From: Yuukianura sp. NJ FZ-2021
Lineage: Eukaryota
Direction: 5' to 3'
NCBI GenBank assembly: GCA_046563655.1
Contig: CM102285.1
Span: 5,208,001-5,272,000 of the forward strand
Length of the DNA: 64,000 nucleotides
Positions 1 to 17,878 of this stretch are shown here, piece after piece. The notes under the pieces were generated by a model. That model was not told where the DNA came from and ran no database searches. It worked only from the letters and a program-made list of their open reading frames with translations. Made by a program: the position numbers and the translations under genes. Each line of letters opens with the position of its first letter. The first letter of the stretch is position 1.

Positions 1-915
1 GTCTTTGGCGACACGATTCAAAGGTTCTACTACTTCTTCGATGAATTTGCAAACTTTTCCCAGTGACGACGTCTGCGTGTTGGAAACAACAAAACGTACT
101 TTTTCTGGAGAGGGGGTAATTTTAGAGTCAGTAATACAGTCAGTATAGACAACTTGGTTTAATTGAAATTTTCGACTTTATTGCGCTCCAAAAAATATTT
201 GCTGGGACTTCATAAAGTTCGCTATCGCCTTGTGCTACAAACTTGAGCTCTACTAAGTCAAGAGCCGCCACAATTAATGCCAATAATTCTAAATAGCACC
301 GAATTAGGTTGGATGTGACTAAAATCCGGGCTTGTCATACCGTATTGTATCATTTTCTTGTCTTTAAACTCTATATTATTTAGCTTCAGTGAGTCCCAAA
401 AATTCTATAAAATTCTCAGCAAAGACGATGGGAAATTGAGCATGAGGTTTAAGGTATTTAATCCTTATTTGATACCTTTCACCTTCTGCAACAACCCCAG
501 AGAACTCAATTTCGAAAACTTTAAAAATTCGGTTAAGTCCCAAACTAAAGTTTTGGACTGTTGTTCTTTGGCGCCATTACCGAAAATGACCTTTTCTGAC
601 TGCAGTAATTCTCTTTTGAGTAATTCCAAACATTTCTCGGAATTATAATGCTACTTGTATTGTATAAGGCCTTAATATTTGCCAATCGTAATTGCTCAAG
701 TGTTGGTAGCGAAAAAACATTGTCACCATAACCTAAAGTAATGTCGAATATTCCAGAAATTTTTTTAATTGTAAGCATTGGCTTTTCATATGACAGCACT
801 GGGGTAGAGAATGTGGAACTACATTCTGTCAATGCCACCTCAAATAAGCTAGAGTCGAGATTAATCGGTTGGCTAAGCTTATTTCTAAAATTAGATTTTA
901 GATCTTTAACAAATG

Positions 916-2171
916 CAGGGTTCGAAAATTACGGTATTTTTCCCGAAAACTACGTAACTTAAGTAATTATCGCAACTTACGTAATCTACGTAAGATTGTA
1001 ATTTTCAAAACAAGCCGCCCGCACCCCACTCCCATCCCCAAACCATAAACTATTAATATCTACTATCTAATTGCGTTAAAAATCAAACCAAAGCCTGATA
1101 GAAATCTACTGCGGTAGACAATGGCTACTATTTTATTCTTAAGACTAAACTAATAACACACCTAACGCAATTAACACAAATAGTTCGAGAAACATAAACT
1201 AATTATTCCACTGCCATCACATCTAACTCTTCCTCAGGCTCTGGTAATCATCCTCCACTTCTATGTACTGCTCCTCGTCATCTTCTCCCCAGACAAATTT
1301 AAGTGAGGACTTTTTAGGTTCTTTGGATTGGTTAAAATGCTTAAACATAAATGCTAGTTTTGCGGCTTTTGGATTTCCCGAACGATTTCGCAGTTTGGAA
1401 TTCACATAACCATAAGTTGAAAAGATTCGTTCGAGAAAAGCCGTACTAGCTGCTGCCGACAGCAGTTGCTCACAAAGTTAGGAGTCGCTTGAGAGGAGGT
1501 CAAATATGTGCGAGTTGCACCCGTACTGAATAATTTTCATGTTTTCAGTTAATTTTCTTCTCATTTGGCCACATTTCCTGTATTGTCCGTGACAAATGAC
1601 CCGATTCTGACGTGGTAGTCATTTTCGCACTTTTCGATTTCGGCTTCAGCCAACGACAGTAAATATTCTGCGTTATGTGCATGGCCGGAAGTGTCCACGC
1701 TGTTTGTGAGAGCTGAGTTACCATCCGAGTCTAAGATCGAAATTCCGACAATAGGCTCATTATGAACGTTAGACCAACCATCTAAAGCCATGGTAACAGT
1801 TTTTCCATTGAGTTGGAGTTTCCATTGCTCCACAAGTTGGTCATGTGTGCCCGTATCATCTTACTGCCCGGGTTTGGTTCAAGGTCAAAATCGTTCCAAA
1901 TCGGATCTCTGACTCGTGGCATTTCAATAACAGCCAGTTAAAACAACAGAAAGAAAAGCTAGAAGGCAGATCAGTGTAAAACCGAAAAAATAATCATCTA
2001 AATCACTGCTCTTTTGTTATTTTGGACTTCTCCCGCTCCCCTGACTCCTGCGCTGTCTCCCTCCCGCGTAAAACTCAAAAGAATGAAAATTACGAAAATT
2101 ACAACCCCTCTGAAAATTACGTAACTTACGTACGTAAGTTACAGGACGTAAGTTACAGCCTTCGAACCCTG
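916..2171 (-). mobile_element. Internally deleted hAT DNA transposon
   Basis: 11 bp TIRs CAGGGTTCGAA (916) and TTCGAACCCTG (ends 2171). Perfect 8 bp TSD AACAAATG (908-915, 2172-2179). Subterminal AATTACG/TAACTTACGT repeats. Minus-strand transposase remnants: TMALDGWSNVHNEPI (1561-1833) and dimerisation-domain-like ERIFSTYGYVNSKLRNR (~1220-1450). Confidence 0.92.
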
Positions 2172-2997
2172 AACAAATGCAAATTATTTAATGCCTGGGA
2201 TTTTTGTATTTCCCGGTATTATATTATATGCCCTACGGGCATAGGTATGGTGGCCATAAGCCACCATAGGGGCCACCCCCGTGGGACCCACCGGGCCACC
2301 TCCCCAACCCACCCCTTATGCTATGGCCCAAGTTAGTTCGTATTGTATTTGTAGGGATCACTACAAACTAAGTAGGTAGGGACCATACTACTTACATGTA
2401 CCAGATTCATCCTTGCTGGTGTGCAATTGTTCCATCAAACGTATTAGTGTAAAAGCAATTGAGCTACCTCAACCGCTTTTGTATTAAATTTGTTGCTAAT
2501 AAATTTAATAAATAATTCATGGTATACTAATGAGCTCCTGTTATTCCGGAATTGCATAGGAACCAATATTGTTGATTTTGAATTCCGTGACAGGATTTAG
2601 TTACGAGCTAATTTGTTTAATCTCAGAATCTTTGACACAAAAACACAAACCCAAGTGGATTTTTCAAAATTTTATAATGGTCAAATTTTAGAGTGTCAAT
2701 AGACTGATTGTTCAAAATTTGATAGCTATCTAATTTTAGAGTTTCAAAAAATTGAGCCCCCTTCCGGGGCTTGGAGATTACTACTGCAAACGGACATTTT
2801 CAAAAATTGTGGTACTAAGCACATTTTGTTGGGTGATAATTTGGGCGTTCATGTGAAATTCAAAAACTCAAATTCGCTTGAATTTGTGAAGGTTGAAATG
2901 AACACATGATTTTTAAAGATGAACTTAAGTTAAGTATATTTAATTAATAATATTTAATTCGTCTGAGAGGTTGATGCTCTCGACTTTTATAAATTTT

Positions 2998-6890
<3,893 letters not shown>

Positions 6891-7453
6891 CGCTTCAGAT
6901 TAGCTGGAATTGCATTGGACTCATTTCGTCAAGTATTCTGCTTTATAAGAATTAGATCAACACTTTCGACAACCAATTGCTATACATCCATTAATCTAAT
7001 CAGTTGACTTGTTAGTTCACACTTGATGCGTATTTTGATGTGCAGAACTTGACTTGTTGCGCATGACAGGTCATACACAATACATCTTCTCACCTCCTGC
7101 TCTAAACCCAAGCAGTAGAATGATCACGTCAATCAAACCTTTAAATTTTCAAATTTCGGTCATGGGAATTGAAATTTTTCAAAATATTGTCGTCCTTTTT
7201 TTTTTTTACAAAAAAAAAAGTCGTGGTTAAATCTAAAAATTTAGGCCAATCAAACGTATCGGGCGCCGCCCCAGTAAGTATGCGTACCACATTTGGTCTT
7301 GATTTGAAAATAAATAAATAAAAACAATAAATGCCAGAGGCTGAAGCCGATTGATTGATTGATTTATTAAGATTTTAAAGAGATTTTAAATCAGTACCGA
7401 AGCATGTATCAGAAGGTTTACGGTATTTTCTTTTTATAAACTTCACTTCGGAA

Positions 7454-7505
7454 CTTACGCCAAAGTAGATTCAGATGCAAACTAATATGCATAAAGTGAA
7501 TGTGT
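7454..7505 (-). pseudogene. Remnant paralogous GH31 exon
   Basis: Reads THSLYAY*FASESTLA then GTAAG donor, against THSLYGWFESEPTLA then GTAAG in the intact gene (~4291-4350). Confidence 0.55.
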
Positions 7506-9759
7506 AGAATAATGATGAAAAACTTTATTTACATGATCATGACAACTGAAAAAAATATGAAATTTCGTGTCTTTGAAACTGAAATTATTTCAGTTGTACT
7601 CCAGATTGAAATTAATCAGTTTGCCTCAGGTTTTACCCGTGCTTCATGCCACACGTCACACTATAATCATGTCAAACAATCGTGCCCTTTTTCGTCATCG
7701 TCATCTATCTGTAGTAATTGGCCGAGTCATACCTCAAGTGCCTTGTCGGGTATTCCCCGAGATTTGACGATTTCTCCTGAATACTCGACAGATCCTGTGG
7801 GATTTGGAGATTTTCTGGGTTTCATACTACTGCGCAGGCACAGCGTCTTAGTCCATGTTTTGCATATAGAGCCTAAACTCAATTGATATAAGAGCATCTT
7901 CCCGGAGTGAAGAGGTGTGTGGGTTGCAGTCGCACTCGCTTCTAATTAATTTCTGCGCTGGCATTCTTTGTCTGTCAAGTTATGTGAGCATACCTGGTCT
8001 CAGATCCTTGAATTCGGTGTATTAGCTCCACCCCGAGCATGTTTTAAGTATTGATAAATAATATATAATATATAATATTCAACACCGCATTAAGATTCCC
8101 ATTCTTTGAGTGTTTTAATTCGATTTTAAGAATAGACAAACTGCGCAGAGTTTGGACTTCGACGATAATCTAATCTTTACACTTCGGATAATACATACAC
8201 AAATTGATCCTACTAAAACCAGATTTACTGGTGGAATGGAGTCCAGTGTTCACGCCCCAAGCAAACATATTGACAATTGGCTTTTCTTGCCATTTTCCGC
8301 GAATTTTTGAAATCCAAGAAAAATATGGTATGACGTTGAAGTGTTTTACTGGGACTACCAGTTCCAGTTCAGGTTTGTCCTGGAACTTCATAATACCTTT
8401 GACGCGGTAGGACTCAAAGTCGAAATTGTACGGTGCCCTGACAAAAATTGGTTTGTCTCATCATCAGTAATTACATTCAACTTCAAAGATCAACTTCAAG
8501 ACTGTGTCTGACTCCCGAAGTAGTTTCTATATTCCATATATTTTCTACTACCCGCGGACTCCCGCACTATTTTTTCCCTTCATATTTAAGATCCATACCC
8601 GGCTTGGAAAAAATTAAAAACTTATTAGTAAGGTGAATAGTTAGGTCTGAGTCTGCTGAAAATTAGCGTTAGGTTAGGCTAGGGTATACTTGCTGGGATA
8701 CGCATAATTCTCCGTAAAGCTAGGAAATAAACTTAATATAAACATAAGTTTTAAGAATACACCGCGAGGAATCCCTCGTTGGCAATTTGCTAAGGTAAGG
8801 AAAGAGCATAGGGGAGAGATAGCGTCTGCCCTTGGGCTATTTTTATTGTGTGTATTTTTTCACAAGTAAAAAGTGCAAGCGACAAAGTTATTGGGGCTAC
8901 AGTCTAAAACCCGAGGTAGCACCAGGGTCCCCACTTTTACCTAACTGGCCAGTTGGGGGCATACCTTCGTTATCCTACGTCATCAACAGCAACGTATATG
9001 TATTTTCTGAATCCGAAGGTCAAGTCCATTCCAGCAGTATGCTACGTGCATGGCGTCATCATACGATGTCAAGTTGACTTTTGACCCTTTGTACCCCTTG
9101 ACCTATCGATTCAAAGGCTCTGAAAATTTGCCCATATGATCCCAGTATTGACCCTAACAACTTGTAAAAATTTCATTCGAATACCACCGGGACAACTTTC
9201 TTATGGACTTTGGGCCATACCCTTGCTACCCAAATTAACCTGTAATTAAGTGTCAGTTTTTTCAGTAAATCAATAAAATCATTCGATAAATTGGACATTG
9301 ATCTTTAGAGAGAGTATCATTTTCTTTTAACTGAACTATCCAGTGATTAGAAGGGGTGTTCTAATGGCGGGTTTTAGTCCCTACCCTAACTCAACTCCAT
9401 TCAACAGGGTCAGTAGCAAAGTAACACTGCACATTCATTTCTAAATTGTAAATTTTGATTTATTTTTGGAAGCGGTTTAAATTATGATTATTTTGAGACA
9501 TGGATTTTTGGAAAGCTGACGCTGTTGCTAACCATCGTCCGAAACTATTAAGTGAATTCTAAATATCCTTACAGTGGAGGATTTATAGTCAATTTCTCAT
9601 GTTTACAGTGAGAACGTTTAATTTAAAATCTTTAACAATCAATTATATTTTAACATTATAAAAAAACTTAAGAAGTTTTGAAAAAAAATATTATAGCATG
9701 TTGTGAACTTTGGACACGTCAAACCTTTCACCGGAAGCTCCTACAAGCGTTTTAAAGTA

Positions 9760-11020
9760 ACTTTAGTCGCCCTAGCTGTACCGCTAGATAGCTACGCTTC
9801 GACATTAACTATACGCATGTCAAATTTGGCACATAGAAAGGAAGCTTTAGTAAGCCTTTTGAAGCATTTTAGTCGCCGCTAGATGTACCGCTAGATTGCT
9901 ATGCTTCGACATTAACTATACGCATGTCAAATTTGACACATAGAAAGGAAGCTGTAGTAACCCGGCTTTTTATTTTATGCCTAATTCATGTCTAATGAAG
10001 GCTCTCTCCTAAAACATGATCAAAACTAGACACAGCGAGTGTACATTAGCTCATCCCACTTGAGTTGTGTCTAAAAATCTCGACACAATTTGTGTCGTGT
10101 ACCTTTTGTAAGGGTTGACTAAGATGTTTTCAATTAGGCCCCACGCTTAATAATAAATTTGTCAATAAAATTGTCAATTTTAAGAGGAATTACATCTTTT
10201 GAAATTCTTAACACTTTTAATTAAACATGATGTGTTAAAATTAACAACATTCATTTTACTGACAAATGCTACGGGTAGTGAATTAACTATAAAAAGATCC
10301 TTAATAATGAAGATGTCTCCGTTAACCTCTACAACAAAATCGCAATGCTTTGGTTCACCTATTTTTTCCACAGTGTATTTGTTTCCGTTTACATAACATG
10401 ATCTATAACACAGTACTGTTTTGGCTATAAATCCTACACTTTGTAACGATTCTTTTAGGAGCGTTTCTTAAGCGTTTTTCTTCAATGATGCTGGAAATGA
10501 ACAAAAACGCAAAAGAAACAGAAATACTGCTCAATACTACTACTGATTGAACGATTTTAGAAAGGGACTCGCTACATTCCATAACATAATGCTACATATG
10601 TTATGAAATAGATGGAGTTTCACATCAGTTAACTAAAAACAGGTGTGTGGTGAAATGGATAGTGTGGTCAATTAGTAATAAAGTTACAAGGGAGTAGGCA
10701 GTGAGTTCGAATCTCATCTCAGATGAAGTGTTTTTTTCCCCTCTTTTTTCATGGAGTGTCTACTCCAGTAGACACAGAAAGGGATCAAGTTTGGGGGTAG
10801 AACTTTCGACATAACGCTCTACACAGGCTCTACCCAATTTCATTCACCGGGAAGCCTTTTGAAGCATTTTAGTCGCCACTAGATGTATCGCTATGTAGCT
10901 ACGCTTGCACATCAACTTTTGGCGTAAGTCAACTTTGAATTTTCAACACATAGTACTTAATGAAAGCTGTAAAAGGCCTTACGAACCATTTCAGTTGCCG
11001 CTAGCTATACCGTTAGATTC
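9760..11020. repeat. Degenerate ~100 bp repeat, two tandem copies plus dispersed partial copies
   Basis: TTTAGTCGCC..TAG(C/A)TGTACCGCTAGAT.GCTA.GCTTCGACATTAACTATACGCATGTCAAATTTG at ~9762 and ~9868; partial copies at ~10868 and ~10990. Confidence 0.7.
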
Positions 11021-11275
11021 TTTGGGAATTCGCTTTGTTTCCCAGAAGGGAATTAGAATCCTAAATTTAACCAAGCGAAAGTCCGAGTTGAGCACTCGAC
11101 TGGCATAGATGTGCGCTATCCAAGGTTCTAGCTTCAGATCTAAAACGACAGTAAGCAATGCAGTCCTCCGACACTCCCCACCACCGCCTCCGAGAAGTTA
11201 TCTTCCCCCTCCACAACCAGGAAAAAGTGGAGCGACATCACCCGAAATATCCGAAGAAGAAACAAAGACAATCGT

Positions 11276-11701
11276 TTGAAAGACGTAGCCTATGCCACAA
11301 CAGAACAGAAGATTGATTTTATGCTTCGTAAAATTCTGGACTGGGAATCGGCCATCATCAAAATTTCTGAAACTGAGTTTTCACCCAAAGAAATCCCGCC
11401 AAAGAAAATCCACGAAATTGACCATGAAATTGAACGCATTAAGAAGGAACAGATTTCATCGAATGTGATAGTGTTCGATGTTGATGACTCAGCTAAAGAA
11501 TCACCAGCGGACCTATATGCCAAAGTAGAATCGGTATTTGTAGCAGTGAATCTCCCAAGACTTGATTACAGCAACGCCAGAAGAAATGGACGATACCGAC
11601 GAGAACAAACCAGACCCCGTCCAAAACATGTCAAGTTACTGAGACAGAAAGAGTTGAACACTTACTTTTTACACAAAAGTCGGTACCTAATAACTCTGTA
11701 A
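11276..11701 (+). pseudogene. LINE ORF1-like fragment (coiled coil plus RRM-like domain)
   Basis: Coiled coil followed by SNVIVFDVDD...RRNGR...RPRP.VKL, typical of CR1/L2/Jockey-type ORF1. Confidence 0.55.
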
Positions 11702-11739
11702 CTACTAAAGCGTCTTTTAGGTTGGGGCAAGTATACCGG

Positions 11740-12245
11740 GAAAGACAAGAAATCAATACGAAGCAGAACCGCCCGCTGGAAGGTGACGTCACCCAACCTG
11801 CATGGCTTTATTCGAAATGGAATTTTACGAAAACATACAATGGAAAGACGGCGAAACACAAGGTGGACAGCAATGACACTGTGCAACGTTTTAGTTTCTT
11901 TAATTTTAAGGTTAGTGAAAAACAAGATTTGCAGCAGGCTTATACAAAGATGGAAGAGATTTAGCGAAATCTGGCCGAAATTGGGGTCAACATGGAAGAA
12001 AAGACAGTGGTCACAAAGATTGTTTCATTTCTTCCGGAACAACGGTGCACAGCTCCGAGGAAGGCGTGGGACGCTAACCAACACGGAATGGAGTAACGCA
12101 ATTCATCACGAGATTCCGGGAATATAGGCGAAGTCAATGGACGCGGGGGTCAAGGACCTGACCCACGAAAATCTAACCGGCATCTTAAACCAAGATTGGC
12201 ATCTCCACATAAACCATCTAAATCTATCCGCCTAAGGAGGAGGAA
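11740..12245 (+). mobile_element. Decayed Copia-like gag remnant
   Basis: QQAYTKMEEI*RNLAEIGVNMEEKTVVTKIVSFLPE..KAWD resembles the Copia Gag UBN2-type domain; purine tract TAAGGAGGAGGAA at ~12234. Confidence 0.4.
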
Positions 12246-14911
12246 TTAGCAAGGAATGGTTTCCTTGGATAGCGAAAGGAAGGGAGAAGCCTGAAGATTG
12301 TAACGTCGTATTTCGAGCTACCTCCAAATCAATTAATTGGTTTGGAGTTGGGCCAAATTCGGACGCCCCAATCAGTTAAGACAAATAACTAATTGAAACC
12401 GGGTAAGAGGCATGTCGAGTATACAAATTGATAATTAGCAAAAGCTGACAAATTGAGACAAGAGGTCTCATGACTTATGATAAGAGAAAGGCCATTTGAC
12501 AATTCCAATGGACTTGTCATGTAAAATAACTTGTTCCGCAATTTTGACATCTTAGGTTAGGCTACGTTAGGTTGGGATGTCGAATCGTCAGAAAGTTTGT
12601 ATCCCATTCATTCCCGATGTTTATCAGTTCGCATAATGTCGTAAATTTGCCTCACTTTTGACGTTACTTGACCTGACTGTTTGCCTGACTTTTGACGTGA
12701 CGTTTGAAGGACAGTTCAGGTCAAACGTAGTGGTTTTTAAATATTAGTGAAACCCTGTTAATGGTAAGTCATCCTCTAGTTAGCTTTAGCTTTAAGCTCT
12801 CTTAGTTAAGTCATTCTTAGATTTGCTCTCGCTCTAAGCAGACTTTCCTAGTAAGATCAGTAAGAAAGGTCACTCATAGAATTCGCCTTATAAGTCGTAT
12901 GCCTCATGAAATAAACACTAAACCTCATCTTCATCGCTGCCTGCTGCTTATTCATCACACATCATTTCAACCGTAGCCGAAAAAGTAAAAGAACTATCTT
13001 TAAACAATTGGTTTAAGACTTAGTTAACTAACAACAAACAATAGAAAATGCAGAAGGGTGTTCCGGATCGTCTGGCCCCACCCAACGGGTTTTATGATAG
13101 GCAAAGTTAGGCAAGGGTGAGGTGGACCTCACGCGGGGGTCGTCAGAATTTGAAAATCCACTTAAAGGCCTGGAAGGGTCTATATGTCAGGTCACAGTAG
13201 AGGTGAATCGGTGTTTGACCCGTAGAGCTGTTCTGCTTTAGTTGTTTTCAGAGAACAACTATGATGGAAGTCGCTTTAATGCAAGCAGGAAAATCACCTC
13301 GATTCAAGATGCCGAAAGTGACTTTCCCTAGGCAAAGGCTTTCTTTGGTCAAGGACGCACAAAAATAGGAGGTGATCCTCAAAGGTTTGAACATTTCACA
13401 GAACCTTGGCCAGTAAGCTACGAATAAATTGGTACGCAGATTCTGCAGCTTCAAACCATTAGATTATATTTATTGTTTGTGTAGATTATTACTTCTCCTG
13501 TGTAAGATATGCATTCGGGAGGGGTTAATGTACAATTAATTAGAATTAAGGAACCTTTTCTTGAATTAATGATATCAATTTCTTTTTAAATTCAAAAGTT
13601 TTTCACAAGGATTGACTCTGTAGAAAGGTCAATTTTGAAGGAGAATGTTGATTTGAGAGGTCAAAACTTGACTCTTTCTCATATAAAGGTAGTTGACAGG
13701 TTAACTCAACCAGTGATTTTCACACATACTATATATATCATACTATATATAAATTTCCTCGTTTCAATGGAAGTTCTACTGCGATCCTTCCATCCAGCCT
13801 TTAAGGCAAGCTAGAATGGACAAGCGAGGTCAGATATAGTTACATTTACAATAAGTCCTGGAAAAAGATTTTCAGATTTAAAAATTTTTGGCGGAAAAAT
13901 TTGAAAAAATAGTATTTTGAAGGATGAAACTCCAGCCAACAGTCCAATTGCAGTTTTTCTTTCAAATTTCGAAAATATGAATTTGGCGCGAGAATACAAA
14001 TTTAGGAAATTCAAAAAGTAGTGTATGAGGGAATATCAAACCACGAGTTGTAATAGTTCAGTATTCAGTTTCAATAAAATTTCAACGTTTAAAGATTCTC
14101 ATCTCATTTCTGATTTAACATATAGCCACAAAATAGTTTTCGAAGAAAAAAAAATAAACACAAGTCCAAACTTTTAGGGATCCTTATCCCATTAACTTTT
14201 AATTCGATTATATTTTGTTTTTAAGTCATTAAGTCATGATTAGCCTATAGGATGAGTTAACGTAAAATTTCAGGTAACAAATTTTGGACAGAATTTTGAC
14301 GCGAACCCTTCAAAATTGAAAATGAGAGTAGATTCCATAATGTGACTTTTTGCATACCAATTGAAAAATACCATACAACGCTTCGAACTTAGAATTTAAA
14401 TTCAGATTTCATTTGATTTCAATTGAATTCATTTCTTTTTCGAAAAGAAATGAAAATAAACGAAAAATTGCATTCAGACTGAATTAATAGGAGGAGGCTT
14501 AACGTATAACTTATAAGTAACTTCTGTTGACCTCAACAGCCAAAGTAGCAATATTCGTGACCATACCGTTTTGTTCCAAGGAAAATCTCTTGATTTCATT
14601 AGGATTATAGTAACGTCAAGACTTAATCTGGATTAACGGATGAGAAAGTTTTCACTTTCTTTTGTGTTTGCTTTCCGAACTTTCACTTCACTTCTGAAGT
14701 AGTGCGCATGAAGGGGGACCTAGCGCCATTAGCTAAGGTTTAAGAATGACTTCGTCACGATGGAGGATAGATCTCGTGACTATATAGCACTGTTTAAAGA
14801 CAATAGCTTAAGATACGAATCCTCGTAAGGACTTGAAGTATTCCGAGAATACGGAGAAGTCGGGGTCAAGAGGTAGACCCCGTAGCAACTGGTGTAAGCT
14901 TGGCCGGGGTC

Positions 14912-15460
14912 ATGTTATGTGGCGACAATGACAGCTTTTAGTTGAAGGACAATCTGAACACTTGAGGACGCTGGAGTCGCGACCAACCGAAACTTGCTAT
15001 TAGGTAGGGCAAGACCTAAATGAAGGTAAGGTTAGGTCTTAAGTTTGCGGTGTGAACTCTCGACGAAATTTTGTTGGTGAAATCAATTATTTGAAAAATG
15101 AGTCATGCACATGACATTTGATTTTTCTTCTGGCGTTAGCGTCAGAAATATTTTCACTTTAATTTCAACCAAACTTTAGAAATAGAATTAGAATTAAATC
15201 TAAAGTGACTGAGATGAGATGGGACTCACTCAGCACTAGAAGAGAGTTTAAGTTCACATAAAGTGAGAAGATAGTGTTAGGCCCACTCTTACTTTCAGTT
15301 GTATCTCAACACTCTCTCTCAAGTCAACACTTCTCCTATAGCAATTAAGTGTAGTATTAAGTAGTGGGAAAAGAGCAGGAGCTCAGTCATGCGCATTACT
15401 TGCTCCGCCTTTATTTCCACGTCAGCTCCACGTCTTCAACCATAGTAATGTAGGATAACA
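14912..15460 (+). repeat. Possible solo or 3' LTR
   Basis: Bounded by inverted TGTTAT...ATAACA and preceded by G-rich GGCCGGGGTCA. No second copy in the window. Confidence 0.35.
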
Positions 15461-16837
15461 ATACTCATAAGTTTACAATTTCATTCACTACTAGATTCTT
15501 CTCTCAATTCAATTCGATCCGTCAATTCAACTTTCAATTAATTGTTTTTCTTTTCATTTAAGTATTTAATTAAAGTAATTGGCTTCATTTGACATTACTG
15601 GATTGGTCTCTTCATCGTTCACATCATTTCAAATCCAAACTCACTTGAATTCTGCGCATCTTATGGCCGCGATCAATTACAATTTTCATTTAAATGTTGG
15701 ACTCCTTGGCATGATTTTTGGAATGTGGACGGAAATATGTCGTTTGTGTCTTCGTGACACTATGATGCGAAGGACTGTGACAAGAAGGATGTGGAATGTC
15801 ACTCGTGTAGAAAAAAAGGCCACTTCGCAAAATTCTGCAGATCAAAGAGCAAGGCAGTCCCTGCCCAACATGACAATTTTGGACATAAAAAAGTTTCCAG
15901 CATTGTGTCGGTCAATCACGTTCACTACGGTAAACATAAGGAACAATGAAGAAAAAATTAAATGGAATTCTGCTTGTTAATTGCGACACTCCTTCTGAGT
16001 ATGTCGCCAAACGACTGTCATGTCTGTCGGTCATTGACCCTGACATGTCAGCCGAGAAACGAGTTGAAAAACTGATTAAGGGCCTACCAGTTTCCATGAG
16101 AAACATGATGACCCTTGCTGACCCTAAAACTGCTGCTGAATTTTTACAAAAATTAAGAAAATTGGAAAAACCTACCTTTCAAGACAGACGAGGTCATTTC
16201 CAAAATTCAAATTCAGGTAGTTCCAGTTCTGGAACACAAAAATCTAAACCAAATTCAAATTCCAGTGATGGGAAGGAAACACCGTCAACTTCAGACACTG
16301 ATTTAAAAAAATCAGCATTTCAAAAAACGAAAATTTTGCACATTTTGCAAAAAGCCAGGTCATACATTCGATGACTGCTGGCACAAAAACAAAGCCAAAT
16401 CGGGAAGTTCTACTTTCTCCTCAGCACTTTTACCCGAGGAACAAACTGAGGAGACAAACACAAAAAACTAATTGTCACGGGTGATTACGCACACCATAAT
16501 TTAAAAACAGCGTATAATTGCAGTTTACAAAAAGTAAACAATTCTAAAATAGGAAAAAATACTTTAATATTTGAAAATTCAAATTTTTCAAAAAATCAAA
16601 ATAAATTAAATACTAGCGAAAGTTACGCTAGTAAAGTTAAACAAAGTTTAAATAAAATCAATTATTTTACGGAATCCGTTCCGGAAACCTCTGTAGAGGG
16701 CACTAAAGTGCAAGTACCGTTCAGAAATTCAAGTTGATGAAGGAGCTAATTTTAGCAGCATCGGCTTGGACTTTCTGAATGACCTCAAAGGCCAAATTCA
16801 CAAAAGGTACAAAATTCCACCTGTCTTAGTCAATACT

Positions 16838-17007
16838 TTTTTTTTATTTGTAAAAGCCGCTCCCTGCGGGCTCGAAGCCCATGGAGCCAAAATCAATTGC
16901 CTCAAACGGGGTCACAAGGAGTTCGAATGACAGTATCAGATGTAAAGAGAATTGGTTGAAATAGAATCTGCTCAGTAAGGCTAAATTAGGGTCATATTTC
17001 TAAGTAA
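16838..17007 (-). mobile_element. 5'-truncated non-LTR retrotransposon or SINE 3' end inserted antisense in the Gypsy protease region
   Basis: 14 bp direct repeat TCTTAGTCAATACT (16824-16837, 17008-17021). On the minus strand the insert ends in AAATAAAAAAAAA (poly-A tail). Confidence 0.8.
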
Positions 17008-17878
17008 TCTTAGTCAATACTGCCAACAGCCAAACAAGCATAGATGAAATGGTTGAATTGAGATTGCACTTCAACGGTGTACTCACAATTTTGGGATTCC
17101 ACATAATGAAGGGACTCAAGCCAAAAATGCTACTTGGGACTGATTGAACAACAAAAGACTTAAATAAACAGGAATTTACAAACATCGATGATGAAACACC
17201 AATTAATAATTGTCCCAAAAATGAGGAAAAGCCTCAACCAAATAAATTCAAACTGATAAAAACAGTACGGCTTCCAGCCAGAATGACCTCCAAAGTCGCT
17301 GTTAAGTCAGATAAAATTATTTCTGGTTCAACTATTATGAATCCCAACATGACACTTTATGAGACACAGGCCTTACTTCAACCTTATGTCTATTCAATTG
17401 TAAGGGATCATGAAACCGATTTATGGATTACAAATTTAAATGATTTTGAAGTGACCTTGAACAAAGGCACAACAATTGCATATGGCGAAATTTGTCCACC
17501 AGAGAAAAACATTTATGCGTTTACTGAAGATGGCGACACTATCGATTCGGGTGAACAAACTTTTGGAAATTTTGACCCAAAACTAGGAGACAATTTGTCC
17601 AAGGATGAGAAAAATGAATTGAGAAATTTGATTATTCAATTTCCTACGCTATTTGCGGAAGATGAGACCGAATTAGGGAAAACTAGCCTTGTTCGTCATC
17701 AAATTGACACGGGCACAAATCCTCCAATTAGGAATTATCCCCATCGAGTTTCCTATCCATAAAAAAGCAAAATTAACGAAAAAATGAATAAGCTTCTTGA
17801 AAGTGACATTATTGAAGAATCAATTTCTCCTTGGTCATCTCCAGTAATACTCGTTCCTAAAAAGGACGGAAGTTCAAG

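Noticed and set aside
1..900. Short ORFs interrupted by the hAT insertion
   Set aside because: No recognisable motif; probably decayed sequence.
12299..12970. Possible LTR (starts TGTAAC, AATAAA at ~12909)
   Set aside because: No second copy, clear end or TSD could be identified.
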